A stretch of DNA of 63,344 nucleotides, the filler included, from Conidiobolus incongruus B7586 (taxonomy: Eukaryota), in assembly GCA_000697335.1 (NCBI GenBank). It is 7 parts of 7 records of this genome, joined end to end, with 100 filler letters (N's around TTAATTAATTAA, not from the genome) between each part and the next. Parts side by side here need not be neighbours in the genome. Positions count along the whole stretch, not along the records: positions 36,917 to 54,049 come from JNEM01006183.1; 6 more parts are not named here. The stretch is one strand, 5' to 3'. Below the pieces are notes generated by a model, which was not told the DNA's origin, ran no database searches, and saw only the letters and a program-made list of their open reading frames with translations. The position numbers and the translations under genes were made by a program. Shown piece by piece: positions 40,971-54,149 of this stretch. Each line of letters starts with the position of its first letter. Position 1 is the first letter of the stretch.

Positions 40971-43900
40971 TATCAATATGTATTAATTAATAACTATTAC
41001 CAAAATATTCAAATATATATCAATATGGGAAACTTCTTTCATTATTTAGTTGAATATTGAATTAATTTGTTGATTAAGTCAATTACTACACTTCATAATC
41101 TTTGAGGAAATCATCTAATATATTTTGGCTGATGCATATTTATTTGATATTCAAAGAGTTAATGAATGAAATAGATTAGAAAGTTGACTAACTATAGTAT
41201 ATCAATAGATATTATTTTAAAACTATCAACCATAATGTGTTGTTTTTCATCATTGAAAATTATAAACACATATGCAATGTATTAAAATAAAATTTTTCTA
41301 CAATTCTCTACATGAAAATATTCAATGTCAATTCTGGTGAATACATTTATATATTGATTATCTGAATAATTTTTAGATTGTTAATTTTACAATTTATGGG
41401 TTGATATAATATTTTTATATTAATACCTGAATATTTTGAAATATCAAAATAATGATATTATTAAATAAAGGAATTTAAATTTCTATCCTTATGAATACTA
41501 TTCTAATATAAAATATATTGCTTTTCCAATATTCAATAACCTTCACACATCTGAAATTATTATAAAATTTCTGATCCAAAGGTAATATATATATATTATA
41601 ATATTATTGCTAAAAATTATACACACCATTCTATAAATCTATAAACAAAAATAAATATGATTCACATAATTTAACTTGAAAATTTTATAATTTTGAAATT
41701 ATAATAGATATCAAATCATATAAAATTATACTACCGCCAGTTAATATTAAAATGAATAGATTTCAAAGTATCAATGAACCAATGGATTCAAAATTATAGT
41801 TTGTCTAGTATAATACACTAATGTTGAAGTCAGAGAAGCTGATCCTATTTTCAATATTGATGGAAATTCTTAACCTCAACATAAATGTTTAATGAAAATG
41901 TTATACAAAATGTCAGAATAGATTATACTATGAGATTTGAAAATTTTCCCAAAAATATTTATCTAGTATTATCATATACATTCCCAAGGATAATATTTTG
42001 GAAATATAATTATTAGACTTTGAATAATCTAAAATTAATTTTGCATTTGGTAATTTCCTTAGAATTATAGACGATATCAATTTAAACAAATCATTGTATT
42101 TGATTAAAATAATACAATTTTCTTAAGCTTGATATTGTCAGTTGAAAATGCCATAATATATTAATTATTAAATTAAAGAAGTAATATATTTCAAAATCAT
42201 TTTACTCAAACCTCAAAAAGCATATACAAAATATATTAAATGATTTCAAATAATAATAAAGACAGTTTGTCACAACTAATGTGATATATATGGATCCATC
42301 TTTTGTTAGATCTTTATTTCTATTTTGGATTCAGTTTTAAAGTAAATATTTTAAAATGTAGTCTTTTTTGATCAATTATGTCATATTATTATAGTTATGT
42401 GTTATAATATTAGGAAATTAAGGAGACAGAATTTTAAAATAGAAATATTTAATAATAAACTTGTTGATACATAATTTGTTATCAAAGTCTAGTTTTAAAA
42501 AATATTGATAAAATAAAATGAAAACAAAATAATACTTTGACATTCTTGTAGCAAGGGCTGTTCCTGGAATTTCCACTGGTTCTTAGCACGTCAACCAATA
42601 TTTAATCAAGGCCTCGGTAAACTATCACTTGCAGCAAAGGAATTTAAATATTATTTTACAATAGTATTTAATTAAAAACAGTACAGCACTAGGCACACTA
42701 TTATCATTCTTAATCAAAAATAAACCATTTTGACTGCTTTTCCGCCTCTACAATACAAAATTCAAGTTGGAATCTCATCAAGCAGTATTAGGTATTGGAA
42801 GAGAGCTGAAAATGTTCGAACTATATGAACTGTACATGGACTTAAGCTTTACTTAGTCTGTAAAATTAAATAACTTTTTGCTCAAATAAAAAGCAACACC
42901 TAACCAAAAAATATGCTATCAAAGGTTCGTTAAATCATACAAAATAAGACCCCAAATGGCAAGTCTAATACCTTAAAAATGCTTCCCTGAACATGAAGTT
43001 ATTTGAATTGCTAAATCAAGGTTTTATTACAAGAATCATTTCTTATAAGCCTTATTAGAACAAGTATATAAAGGAGCTATTTCTGGAAGTATCATTGGGT
43101 ATATGCATAGGCTTTTTCACTATAAATTTGAGTTTTTTAAATTAACTATTAAATAACAGATAAAATTATCATTCTAAATAAGACACTAATCGGTATAATT
43201 CAACAAAAAATATATGAATAGTTTCTTCATAATTTGTAATCATCTCGTGGCTATCAGGAGATTAGTTCTGCGATTCCTTATATACAATCCTAAGTTTTTA
43301 TTTACTTTTAATTAAGCAATTTATACTTAAAACCCAGTTTAAAGTTAATTGAATGATATAAATTCCCTTAATTAAACTAAAAAATAGGTCCTCTCTTTTT
43401 CTCTCAATATCTTGATATTCTGTTCTGATTATTATTAATCACTGCTATTCCTTAAGGTTCGGGATTATTTCTATCAGTATTTTAATATATATAATACTAT
43501 CTACTAGATCTACTAGCATATTCAAAGTCTAAATAAACTTAATGATAATTTGATTACATCATCACTAATTGAAGTCCTCCAAAACATATCGAATTTACCA
43601 CCTACTGTTTCATTGGCAAAATATAATTCATTAAATTTGGTCAATAAGAAAAAAATAAAATTCAATATAAAAAAGAAAATAAATAAAATATAAAAAAGAA
43701 AAAACTTAGAAAAACTAACAAATTTAGACTTTTTCAGATATTGGAACAAAAAAAGTATTAATGAAGTTATTTGGAAAAATATGATATACCTGCAACTTAT
43801 GTCTTAAGTTTAAATGTAACAGTGTATCCTAAACCAAAATATTAAAATCAAAATATTAATATTCAAATTACAAGGATAAAAAACAATGAGTATTAGAAAA

Positions 43901-45757
43901 TTTTTATTATGTTTAAGATGAAACATTAATTTTTTAAAAACATCTACTACCAGTTTTTCTATGCAAAAGAGAGCATTCAAATATAGATAAAAGGTAAAAA
44001 TTAATACGAATCAAATTAATAATTATTTTGAATATTGGAAGGCAAATGTTTTTATCATATAAATTTTGATGACAAATGAAAGTAAAAAATTGAAGCATTT
44101 CCAGAAATACTCTATCATAATTATTATTTTTATAAGACAATGAATGATAAGTTTGACCGTTGTATATTAGTAACATTAGAAATTATAGTTGATAACCAAG
44201 CAGAAAGTAAAAAATTTAAACTATTTTGACCTTAGCCACAGAATACAAACCATTATAATAAATTAGTCTCTTCTTAGTTTCTTTATTAAACAAAGAAAAG
44301 ATATCAAGAGAGGTTATCAACTTAATTATACTTATATCCATCTATAAATTAAATGGCCTTAAAAATTATTTATCAAGAATAATATATCATAAAAAATAAC
44401 TCAATTAAACAAGTTACACAAGTAACCTATCAAATTGATTGTTAAAGAACATCACACTATTTTAAATCTTGAATTTAAGACTCGAGGAATAAGGAATGAT
44501 GAGAAAAGTCAATTAATGCACTAGGAGTAACAACAAATGAGAAATGTTAAAATAGTCGTATTACAAATTTAATCCAAAATTTACTTAGCCCAATAAGAGA
44601 GTACTGTTAGTTAAAGTCTACCATTTGTAATAAAAATCACATAAGAAAAACATATAATGATCCTAAAAATCTGCACATTTAAAATAGATAAAACAAGATT
44701 TTGAAATATCATTAATAAATATAAAGACGGATCAAGAAATAAATAGTGCTAGAAATTACCGCTTCATTATTTAATAAATAATCATGTTAGCCTTCGAGGA
44801 TTGGTGTTTGGGTTTACCTCTTTGGGGATTTTTAAACTCTATTTAAGACTTGGATAAAAATGATCAAATTTAAGCAACTTTGGATAAATTCAATAATAAA
44901 TGAGGACTTAAATCAAGGGTATGCTTGAGCCTTTCATATTCCTTATGTTTATTGATTATCAATTCTAATTAATACTAATTTTAACTAATGTTATAATAAT
45001 CATGAAAGTATTTTCAATCATTTTCCAAATCTTTTCATAATCTATTATTTTAAAAATGAAAATTACAAAACCAAATTGATACAGTTTTTTTGAATATAAT
45101 ATAGTAGTTATTAAATTTAAAAAATGCATTTCATTATATAACGAATAATATTGTCTAAAATGTAATCAATCAGAACAAATAAGAAATCAATATGAATCAA
45201 TAATTTATAATATAACACATAATTAAACCCATATATAAAATTCAATTTGAATTGAATATTTAGTTTGATTCTGATGGATGTTAAATAATTTGATCGATTC
45301 AATGATTTTAAGGTTGATCAACAATATAAATAACTTTGCTTTAATATGAATTCCAAGTCACTTGATCAACTCTTTCTCAACAAATGTTCTCAAAAAAAAC
45401 TTAAAATTTAAATTAACATTTGTAGAAATTTCTTGTAATAAAATGTATATTTATAATTCCGAATGAGAACTCTATATGCAAGTGCTTATTATTGAGAATT
45501 ATACCAATTTGATATACAATAGAAAACTGACTGGATATGTGATATTTATTTTATGGCGGAAAATGCATTTAAACTTATTAGCATTATGTGATGTAATTCA
45601 ACCTTAGATAAGATGTTAAATATTGCAGTATATAAGGGATGGACTTAAGTCAAAAATTTAAAATCTACTCATTTATAACTAGTAAATTTAATTAAATTTA
45701 AATATATTAATCAAAAGAAATTATTTTCATCTTTTATTGATATATTGGTAATTCAGA

Positions 45758-48118
45758 ATGTTGTCAGGATATCTTACCCAATTGGCACTTCTCTTAGTGT
45801 CAGGAGTCTATGCAGACTATCCTACTAATCCCAAATGTGATGTTAAGAGCTTTGAATCTAATATGAGCGCTAAAGTCAATGAATTGATCTCCAAAATGAC
45901 CCTGCAAGAAAAAATAGGACAGTTGACTCAGATCAACGTGAATAATCTATACGATGCCAAGAGTGGAAAACTGAATACCACTCAACTAGATTATTATATC
46001 AAGCATCGTCTTGCTGGATCTTTCCTCAACAATTTGTCTGATGGCACTGATCTTAACTCTGCCGATCCTGCCACTTGGGTTCGTGTGATGAATGAAATCC
46101 AAGATTATATTCAGAAGAATACTCGTCTCAAGATTCCTATGATCTATGGCCTTGATTCCATCCACGGCGCTAGTTATGTTCGTGGCGCTACTTTGTTTCC
46201 TCAGCAGATTGGTATGGGTGCTACCTTCAATCGCACTGCTGCTCGAGTATGGGGTGAAATCACCGCCAAAGATACTAGAGCGGTTGGTGTACACTGGAAT
46301 TTTAGCCCACTTGCTGATATTGCTGTAAACAAACAGTGGCCACGTATTTACGAAACTTTTGGAGAAGACCCATATGTTGCTGGAGAACTTGGTAAGGAAG
46401 TCGTCTTGGGCTACCAAGGTGAAAGTGTATGTGATCTCAAGCGCCCAGACAAAGTAGCTGGGACTATGAAACACTTTATTGGTTACTCGAGTTCCAGATC
46501 TGGTCATGATGTAGACGGAGCTTGGATGTCTAAGAGGATTTTAGATGAATATTTTGTGCCTCCATTCCAGGCTTTAGTTGATGCAGGTGTTGCAACTGCG
46601 ATGGAATCATACTCAGATATCGACGGTGATCATGTTGTTAAAAGCAAGAAAATATTGGTGGATTTACTCAGAGATCAAATGGGTTTTAAAAACGCATTAG
46701 TTACCGATTTTGAACAAATTTTTAAGCTCCATTCCCAGCATCATGTCGCCAAATCATTAAATGATTCATTAGCTATGTCTATGAAATTGGGTACAGTTGA
46801 TGTTAGTATGGTTCCTCATAACGGCGAGTTCTTTGAAATGATGGTATCGTTGGTTGAATCTGGTCGTGTTCCAGTTAAAGCTATTGATCAAAATGTCAAG
46901 AGAGTCCTTGAACTTAAATACAAAATGGGCTTGCTCGACTCTGATGGCCACGTTGATCCTAATTCACCACTTATTAAAACTATTGGTCGTGCTGAAGATC
47001 GTGCCGCATCCCTAAATATGGCTAGAGAGTCAGTGATACTTTTGGAGAATCGTAACAAAGTCCTTCCCCTTAAACCCAGTACTAAGTTATTCTTAACTGG
47101 CCCTTGCGCTGACAGTCTCAACTATTTAACTGGTGGATGGACTTTCACTTGGCAAGGTGCTAAAGATTCTACTGGAGCTAGTCGTGATGATTTCTTTGAT
47201 GGTCGTGGCATCACTTTACTTCAAGGACTTAAGAATCTTGGTGGATTTAATGTCAGCTATTTACCCAGCGTAGATACTGAAGGAAAATGGCTTAATAATA
47301 CCTCTCCCGAACAAATTACCGACGCTGCTAGTTCTAGCGATGCTTCAGTTGTTTGTCTCGGTGAGGACAGTTATACAGAATTAAAGGGCAATATTGACGA
47401 TATGCGCCTTCCAGAAGGTCAAACTAACCTTGTCAAACTCCTTGCTAAATCTAACAAACCAGTGATTTTGGTACTTTCTCAAGGACGCCCTAGAGTCTTC
47501 GATAATGTGGCTGATCTTCCATCTGCAATTTTAACTTCTTTCTTGGTTGGACCTGAAGGTGGTCAAGCTATCGCCGAAATCATCTATGGATACGTGAACC
47601 CTTCCGGAAAGCTTCCTATTACTTATACTAATAAGGCCAGTATGACTACCATTAACAACTATAGAAGATACAGTGATACTTACAATCCTCAATGGGAATT
47701 TGGGCACGGATTGTCATATACTACCTTCAACTACACCGATCTTACTTTGTCTAGCAGTCAAATCCAACCTAACAGCACTCTTGATGTGAGCGTGACTGTT
47801 ACTAATACAGGATCAATGCCAGGAGCTGAATCAGTGCTCATGTATGCCACCCAAATTTACAGATCTATTTCACCTGAATTCCAGAGATTAAGAGGATTTG
47901 ATAAAGTTTTCTTAAATCCCAAGGAATCTAAGACAGTCAAGTTCCAAATTCAGCCCAAGAGAGATTTGTCCTTCATTGACGAGAATGATAAGAGAGCACT
48001 CGAAATGGGAGATTTTATTGTAAAAATTGGTCCATTATCACAGAATTTCACTTTGACTTTAACTGGCAAACCAAACAATCCTTTATTTGTAGAAGAATCG
48101 GACCATATTTTAGTATAA
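45758..48118 (+). CDS. Secreted GH3 beta-glucosidase B (786 aa, intronless)
   Basis: Complete ORF with the same GH3 motifs as copy A plus a full Fn3-like C-terminus. Confidence 0.95.
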   Translation: MLSGYLTQLALLLVSGVYADYPTNPKCDVKSFESNMSAKVNELISKMTLQEKIGQLTQINVNNLYDAKSGKLNTTQLDYYIKHRLAGSFLNNLSDGTDLNSADPATWVRVMNEIQDYIQKNTRLKIPMIYGLDSIHGASYVRGATLFPQQIGMGATFNRTAARVWGEITAKDTRAVGVHWNFSPLADIAVNKQWPRIYETFGEDPYVAGELGKEVVLGYQGESVCDLKRPDKVAGTMKHFIGYSSSRSGHDVDGAWMSKRILDEYFVPPFQALVDAGVATAMESYSDIDGDHVVKSKKILVDLLRDQMGFKNALVTDFEQIFKLHSQHHVAKSLNDSLAMSMKLGTVDVSMVPHNGEFFEMMVSLVESGRVPVKAIDQNVKRVLELKYKMGLLDSDGHVDPNSPLIKTIGRAEDRAASLNMARESVILLENRNKVLPLKPSTKLFLTGPCADSLNYLTGGWTFTWQGAKDSTGASRDDFFDGRGITLLQGLKNLGGFNVSYLPSVDTEGKWLNNTSPEQITDAASSSDASVVCLGEDSYTELKGNIDDMRLPEGQTNLVKLLAKSNKPVILVLSQGRPRVFDNVADLPSAILTSFLVGPEGGQAIAEIIYGYVNPSGKLPITYTNKASMTTINNYRRYSDTYNPQWEFGHGLSYTTFNYTDLTLSSSQIQPNSTLDVSVTVTNTGSMPGAESVLMYATQIYRSISPEFQRLRGFDKVFLNPKESKTVKFQIQPKRDLSFIDENDKRALEMGDFIVKIGPLSQNFTLTLTGKPNNPLFVEESDHILV

Positions 48119-48989
48119 TTTCTATTTTCTATACCAATTACGACTAATATTTTTAATAAATTAATTATATTTTTGTTTTCAATATTAAATATGCTAATAT
48201 ATTTCTATTTTATATCAATAAATTCAATTAATATATATTAATAAACAATGATATATTAATTGATATATGATCTAGAAACAACTGATTTTAATATCTATTG
48301 TCAAATATATAATGAATTAACAACATTATATTTAAATTTATTACTCAATTAAAAATATGAGTTAAAATTCGAATTTTATTATACAATAATGCTGTATTAA
48401 AGATATTTTATACTATAAGTGTATTGAAAAGTTAGGATTAAAATAGAATTATTTAAAAATAATTATATCTACTTTATTCCTTAATATTATCTACATACAT
48501 TTTATTATTAAATATTCCATTTAATAAAATGATATAACAAATTAATTAAATTTATTTAGAAAATATTCTACTTTGCAATTAATAATATAAAATTCATTTT
48601 CAATACTAATAAAAATTATATACTGGATAACTACATATTAATATCATATTTTTAATATTTTATAATAGCTAAACTAATTTTCATTAATATTATATTCTAT
48701 CATTGTGACTATTTAGTAATAATAAATGAAACACATATTTTATTTTCATATTATATATTTATGTTTATATTATGTTTTTTTGGTTATATTAATTTATAAT
48801 ACAATCTAGATTTATTACAAAATAAATTATAATCAATTAAATATTATCATTTTATTTATTCAGAGCGATATTAGTTGAAAAAAACAATGACGAGCCTTAA
48901 TGTTTTGTGAGGCTACATCCAAAAATCTCAGCACCAGATGACTCAAGCTTAGAATTGATTTCAAGTTCAGTACTTTTGATGATATCATT

Positions 48990-49540
48990 CAATTTTTGGG
49001 AGATACATCGATGGTGGCAATAATATAAAAGTTTTGTTTCCATTTAAGTTATTGGCTGTTTTGCTTGATATTGGTTGTCCGAGGTCCAATATAACTGAAA
49101 CCAGAAAAATTCCAAGAACTGAGAGTAAAAAAAACTTGTAATATTTGGTTACAGCTGAGGCATTTTCATAATAATTATTACTGTTACCAATTTAAACACC
49201 AAGTTCACTGAATAGTACTTCCATATTATGGGAAGTTTTCTTTTTACCATGGTTGTGAAAGTTGATGGTTCTACAAGCAAAAGTTTTGTCTGATCTATCA
49301 TACACCTCGCGAATGTCCAAGATGCAGCTTTGTGCTCAGTAATATATAACCAATTTCTAGAGCCACCTATAACTTTCGATAATAATCATTTTCTAGTGGA
49401 TTTTCTTCTAATAACCAAAGGAGTTTGACCATAATAAATTCGATTACCAAATAATCATTCGTACTATAAACAATTTTATAATGGCTATTTTATCCAAACT
49501 GAGCAGTGGCCATAAAAATATTTGAATAAGATTAAAGCAT
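48990..49540 (-). pseudogene. Decayed paralog of the secreted protein at 51904-52509
   Basis: Manual translation with stops/frameshifts: AQFG*NSHYKIV, GNRIYYGQTPLVIRRKSTRK*, RNWLYITEHKAASWTF, KTSHNMEVLFSE, IATID; these match blocks of the 52509 frame in order. Confidence 0.8.
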
Positions 49541-51903
49541 TGATAAAGGTTTCAGAATTGACTGTTAAATTATAATAATTTTGGTCTTATTAAGTAAGCA
49601 TTATTTCTAATGTATAATAAACAAGGTTTTAAGAACTTATTTAGTATCTAATAAGTTTTAATATTTTATTTAATATTTAATTAAGATTAAGTTTAATTTT
49701 ATTATCAAGGAAGTTATAATATAAAAATTATACTCTTTGATATATTATATATTCAGATTTTAGTTTGTTATATTGCTATATGGTTAAAAGCTTTAGATTT
49801 TCTGAAATTTGGATGATTGGTAAATCCAAGCTTAATATTCAGTTTACTGGTTAAAATAAATGCTACTAATGAGAAACCATATATGTAATTTTATCAATGA
49901 AAAGAATAAAATTTTTAAAATAATAAACAATTTAACATAGTATTATTTCAGGAAAAAGGGGTATTTAAAATTATGATATCCATTGCATTCAATGTTACCT
50001 TAAGGAATTTTTAATTATTACAATTTTATAATTTTATATCTGATTATCATAAGTGGGAAATTGAATATTTTGATAAATATGATAATATTTGCAATATGTA
50101 TAATATCAGGACTTGGTTTGTGTTTGTAATATAATTTGTGAATAAAGGTCTTTGTTAGAAAAGTGCTCGTAATATGATTTAGTAAATTAATTTATTAATC
50201 CTGCTCTTTAAGCTTTCGGGACTGTATATATTGATATTTACCTACTGTTCAGATGTCATGGCAGAATATCTAAAAAAACCTTTTTTCTCTTTGTCGTTTC
50301 TTGGTTTAAATAATTCGTTCAGTGTATTGCATAGGAATTGGATACACTCTAATAAGAGGAACTAAGGAACATCATATGATTGTGGAGCAACAAATCCATT
50401 CTGAATGAAGAGTGATTTTGACTTGTCTATCAAATCAAAACAGATGGGTATTTTCGAAATACCACATTGATTAAAACTATATTGAAGAGGATAGGCAACA
50501 AATAACGCGATAATTTGAACCTAGAATTCCTTCAAATATAGGTAAAATTATATCAAATATCACGAGTTTTTTCTTTTTTTCCAAACTTTTAAAAACAATA
50601 ACAAAACGAATAAATTTTATATTTCCAAAATAAATGAAATCATTTTTAATGTTTAATTTTAATAATATTTTGAATAAATCTCAGATTGATAGGGTTTTTA
50701 TATAAAAGAGATTATTTATTTAATTATATATAAACTTCTCAATAAATACATTAGGTTTGAATATTATTCATTGAATAAATTTGATAAAACAATGCTCTCA
50801 ACCATTGGTTAGTTAATCGGTGAAAAGTTGGTATTCATATGGATCTAGTCAACTAAACTAAATTCCAAGTTTAGATTCAATTGGATTGATTTGACAACAA
50901 CTGATATTAATTGGAGTTTTTAATGTTTCACATTTGATATTTTCATATGTATAGGAGTTTTCAATATATACATTTGATGAAATATCCTTATTCTCGAATA
51001 ACTCAATATATCAAAAAACTAGATATTTATAACTTATATTAATGATCAAATTGATTATTAATTACTAAAAATGTTATAATTCTTAAAAAATATTCATTGA
51101 GGTTGAAAAATTGAACTAATTGAGATATATGTTGTATATTATATTTGAAATATTTATATAATATTTTTCAGAATTTTATTATAAATTTACTATAAAGTTT
51201 TAAATACATTATATTTTTAAAGAAATATATAACTGTATATGACAAACATAAGTATTAATCAAAACGAAATTATCTTTATATATTCAATGGTCATAGCAGG
51301 GACAATTTAGTTCACTTTAAACATTTTTCTGAACAGAGTCATCAAACATAAAATCAATTTATTACTATATTTAAATCAATCTTTAAAATATTGCTATTCA
51401 AATATACTTTCAACCAATAGCAATTTATAATTGATTTTATTAATATGAAACAATATTTTTTACATTACAAAGTTGAACTAAGATAGTCAAATTTAAATGA
51501 AATTTTGATAACTATTTCTTGGTATAGCTGGGGTGGATTATTTAATACAATTTCCCCCAAAAATACATCTCTATTAAATCTTTAAATTCAAATCTTAGAG
51601 CTATTTTATGATTTATGAAATGAAACCCATTTTAATTATTGGCATTATGAGTATTGATAAGTTAATAATATGATAACCCTTTAATTCCGACTCTACTGAT
51701 AATAGAAATTTGAATGGCTTGAACTCCTTATCACAATAACAAATTTATAAATATTAACAGATCAAACTCAAACAGAGTTAAAAAATCTAAAGTTTCAAGA
51801 TTATTAAATTTAATAAAATCTTAATATAATTTTACTTAAATTTGGTATAAATAATGAATTTTCTAATATTTACATTTTCCAAATACTTTGACGTTTGGAC
51901 TTT

Positions 51904-52509
51904 TCACAATGCAGTTTGTTTGGATATTGGTTTTTGAATGATCCCATTAGATTTCTGTAGGATTGCATCAAAAGTAGCAATGAGAAAACGATTTTTCATC
52001 CATTCATCATCTTTTTTAACTCTCATTTGAAATGTTCCAACACAACCATGGCCATCACAGCTACCAAAATCTGAAAGTAAAACTATTTCTCTACCTTTTC
52101 TTAAAGCTAAAGCACTTGCAAATTTTCTATTGCCATTGGTGACTATTACACTCGATTCACTAAAAGGAACTCTCATATCATGAAATGTTTTATTTTGGCT
52201 ATTGAAGCCGAAATAAGTCATTCTACAGCCTACAGGGGCTTTGGTTGTATTAGACATAGTGGTGAAAGTCCAAGCGGCTGCTTCGTCATTGGTGAGATAT
52301 AACCAATCTCGATTACCTTCTCTCTCTCGCTTAAAGGAGACCTATTTTCCTGCGGATTTTTCTCTTAAAGCAAAAGGAGTATGACTTTGATAAATCACAT
52401 TGCCACAGGTATCTTTCATATTTTGGATAATTTTATATTCAGCACCTTCCCAATCGAATTAAGAAGAGGTTATAAAGACGAAGATCAAAGCTAAAGTTTA
52501 GAAGTGCAT
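51904..52509 (-). pseudogene. Small secreted protein pseudogene (~201 codons, three in-frame stops, no frameshift)
   Basis: ATG 52509: MHF*TLALIFVFITSS*FDWEGAEYKII...SAGK*VSF...WTFTT, continuing in frame into the 117-aa ORF; stops end at 52498, 52459 and 52342. Confidence 0.8.
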
Positions 52510-53950
52510 TTTATAATTGTTAATGTATTAAAAGTTTGAATTGATTGAATTTTCTTATACTAAATGATTGTCGTTTATATATTATATCAACAATATAATT
52601 TGATCATTTTTACATAATTTCTGATATATTCTTTATTTTGAAATCAAATTAAACTTGAATAATGTATTATTTGTTTGCATATCGAATATTTTTGGACTAA
52701 TGATTTTTACAACAAATATCTAATATGTTGTGTATTTTTAGTTATAAATTATTCGTTAGAGATATAGCCACATATTGAAATTTTTCACATTTTAAATTAC
52801 AAACAATACAGTAACAATTATATTATACTACATACACTGAAGTGGAATTAATCAATATTGATCAGTTTAAATCAACAAAGATGCCAAATAACTATATCAG
52901 TTGAATGTTACTAATATGATATTCAACCTAAATTAGTAAATTTACTATTTTTTTAATTTTATGCCAAAGCCAATTCATTTTATTTTTCTAATAAAACCAT
53001 TAAATTAAATCAGATATTACAATATTCTTTTACTTTTACAGATACTTCAAAGTTAGATTTTAATTATACTATATAAAACTCTACAATATAGTAGTTGTAT
53101 TGTAATTCAATGACTAAATATTAGTCTATTTAATAATTAATTGTAAATATAATAATAAAATAATAATATGATGTTTTATATTCTTTCAAAGTATAAATTA
53201 TTTGTTGAAATATTTTTGAATAAAACTATAGCACCAAATGAATGTTTAATCTTGATATGTATTATTTAAATATAGTTTATAATCATACTGATTTCAATGA
53301 AATGATTTATACAAGTTTATTTGAACAGCTTTGAGCTATTAACTTGGAATATAGCTGAACTTTTATTTAACCAATAAATAATATTATCTATAAAACAGTT
53401 TTAATATAAATGATTTGAATTAAATCTCTTTATATTATTAATTTAATAGATTATTTAAAAAGATATAAATCAACATAAAAATAGAATATTTGATATTACT
53501 CTATATTTTTAATAATGGGAATTTTTTGCAATTAAAAATAAATTAATATTTTAATATATAATATATCAAAATAAATATATAATATAAGTTTAATAGTTTC
53601 TTTTATTATTAATTACTTTTTATTATATTTTTAACAAAGATTTAATATTTAAAAAATAGTTTTTTTTATTAAAGACTAAAATTTGATATTTTATAAACCA
53701 ATTAAATTTTTTTATAAAAATTTTCTTTTTTATAAGCTAGTTTTTTAATTATCTAAAGTAATTATAATTATATAAATTATAATTTAAAGAGTATATTAAA
53801 AATAGTAGTTTTTTCCAGTTATTTTTAATTAGAAAGTTTTTTATAGTTTTAAATTTATATATTTTATAATTATTATATAAGTTAATAAGTTTTTTCAAAT
53901 TATTTAAAAAATACTAATTTGAAATACTTTTATTTAAAAAAAACCATATA

Positions 53951-54049
53951 TATTAGCCTATAAAAGTGAGTTATAAAATAAAAATCACTTATATATTTAC
54001 CTATAACTTAAACAATTCTTAACTAAATTAATTTAAATTAAAGTATATA
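53951..54049. mobile_element. Terminal fragment of a related Tc1 element, cut by gap
   Basis: TA|TATTAGCCTATAAAAGTGAGTTATAAAAT matches the family TIR by transitions; the following sequence resembles the subterminal region of copy 1. Confidence 0.65.
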
Positions 54050-54149
54050 NNNNNNNNNNNNNNNNNNNNNNNNNNNNNNNNNNNNNNNNNNNNTTAATTA
54101 ATTAANNNNNNNNNNNNNNNNNNNNNNNNNNNNNNNNNNNNNNNNNNNN

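Noticed and set aside
52342..52509. TAA/TAG reassignment to Gln explaining in-frame stops
   Set aside because: Intact genes here end in TAA and have long stop-free frames; one internal stop maps to Trp.
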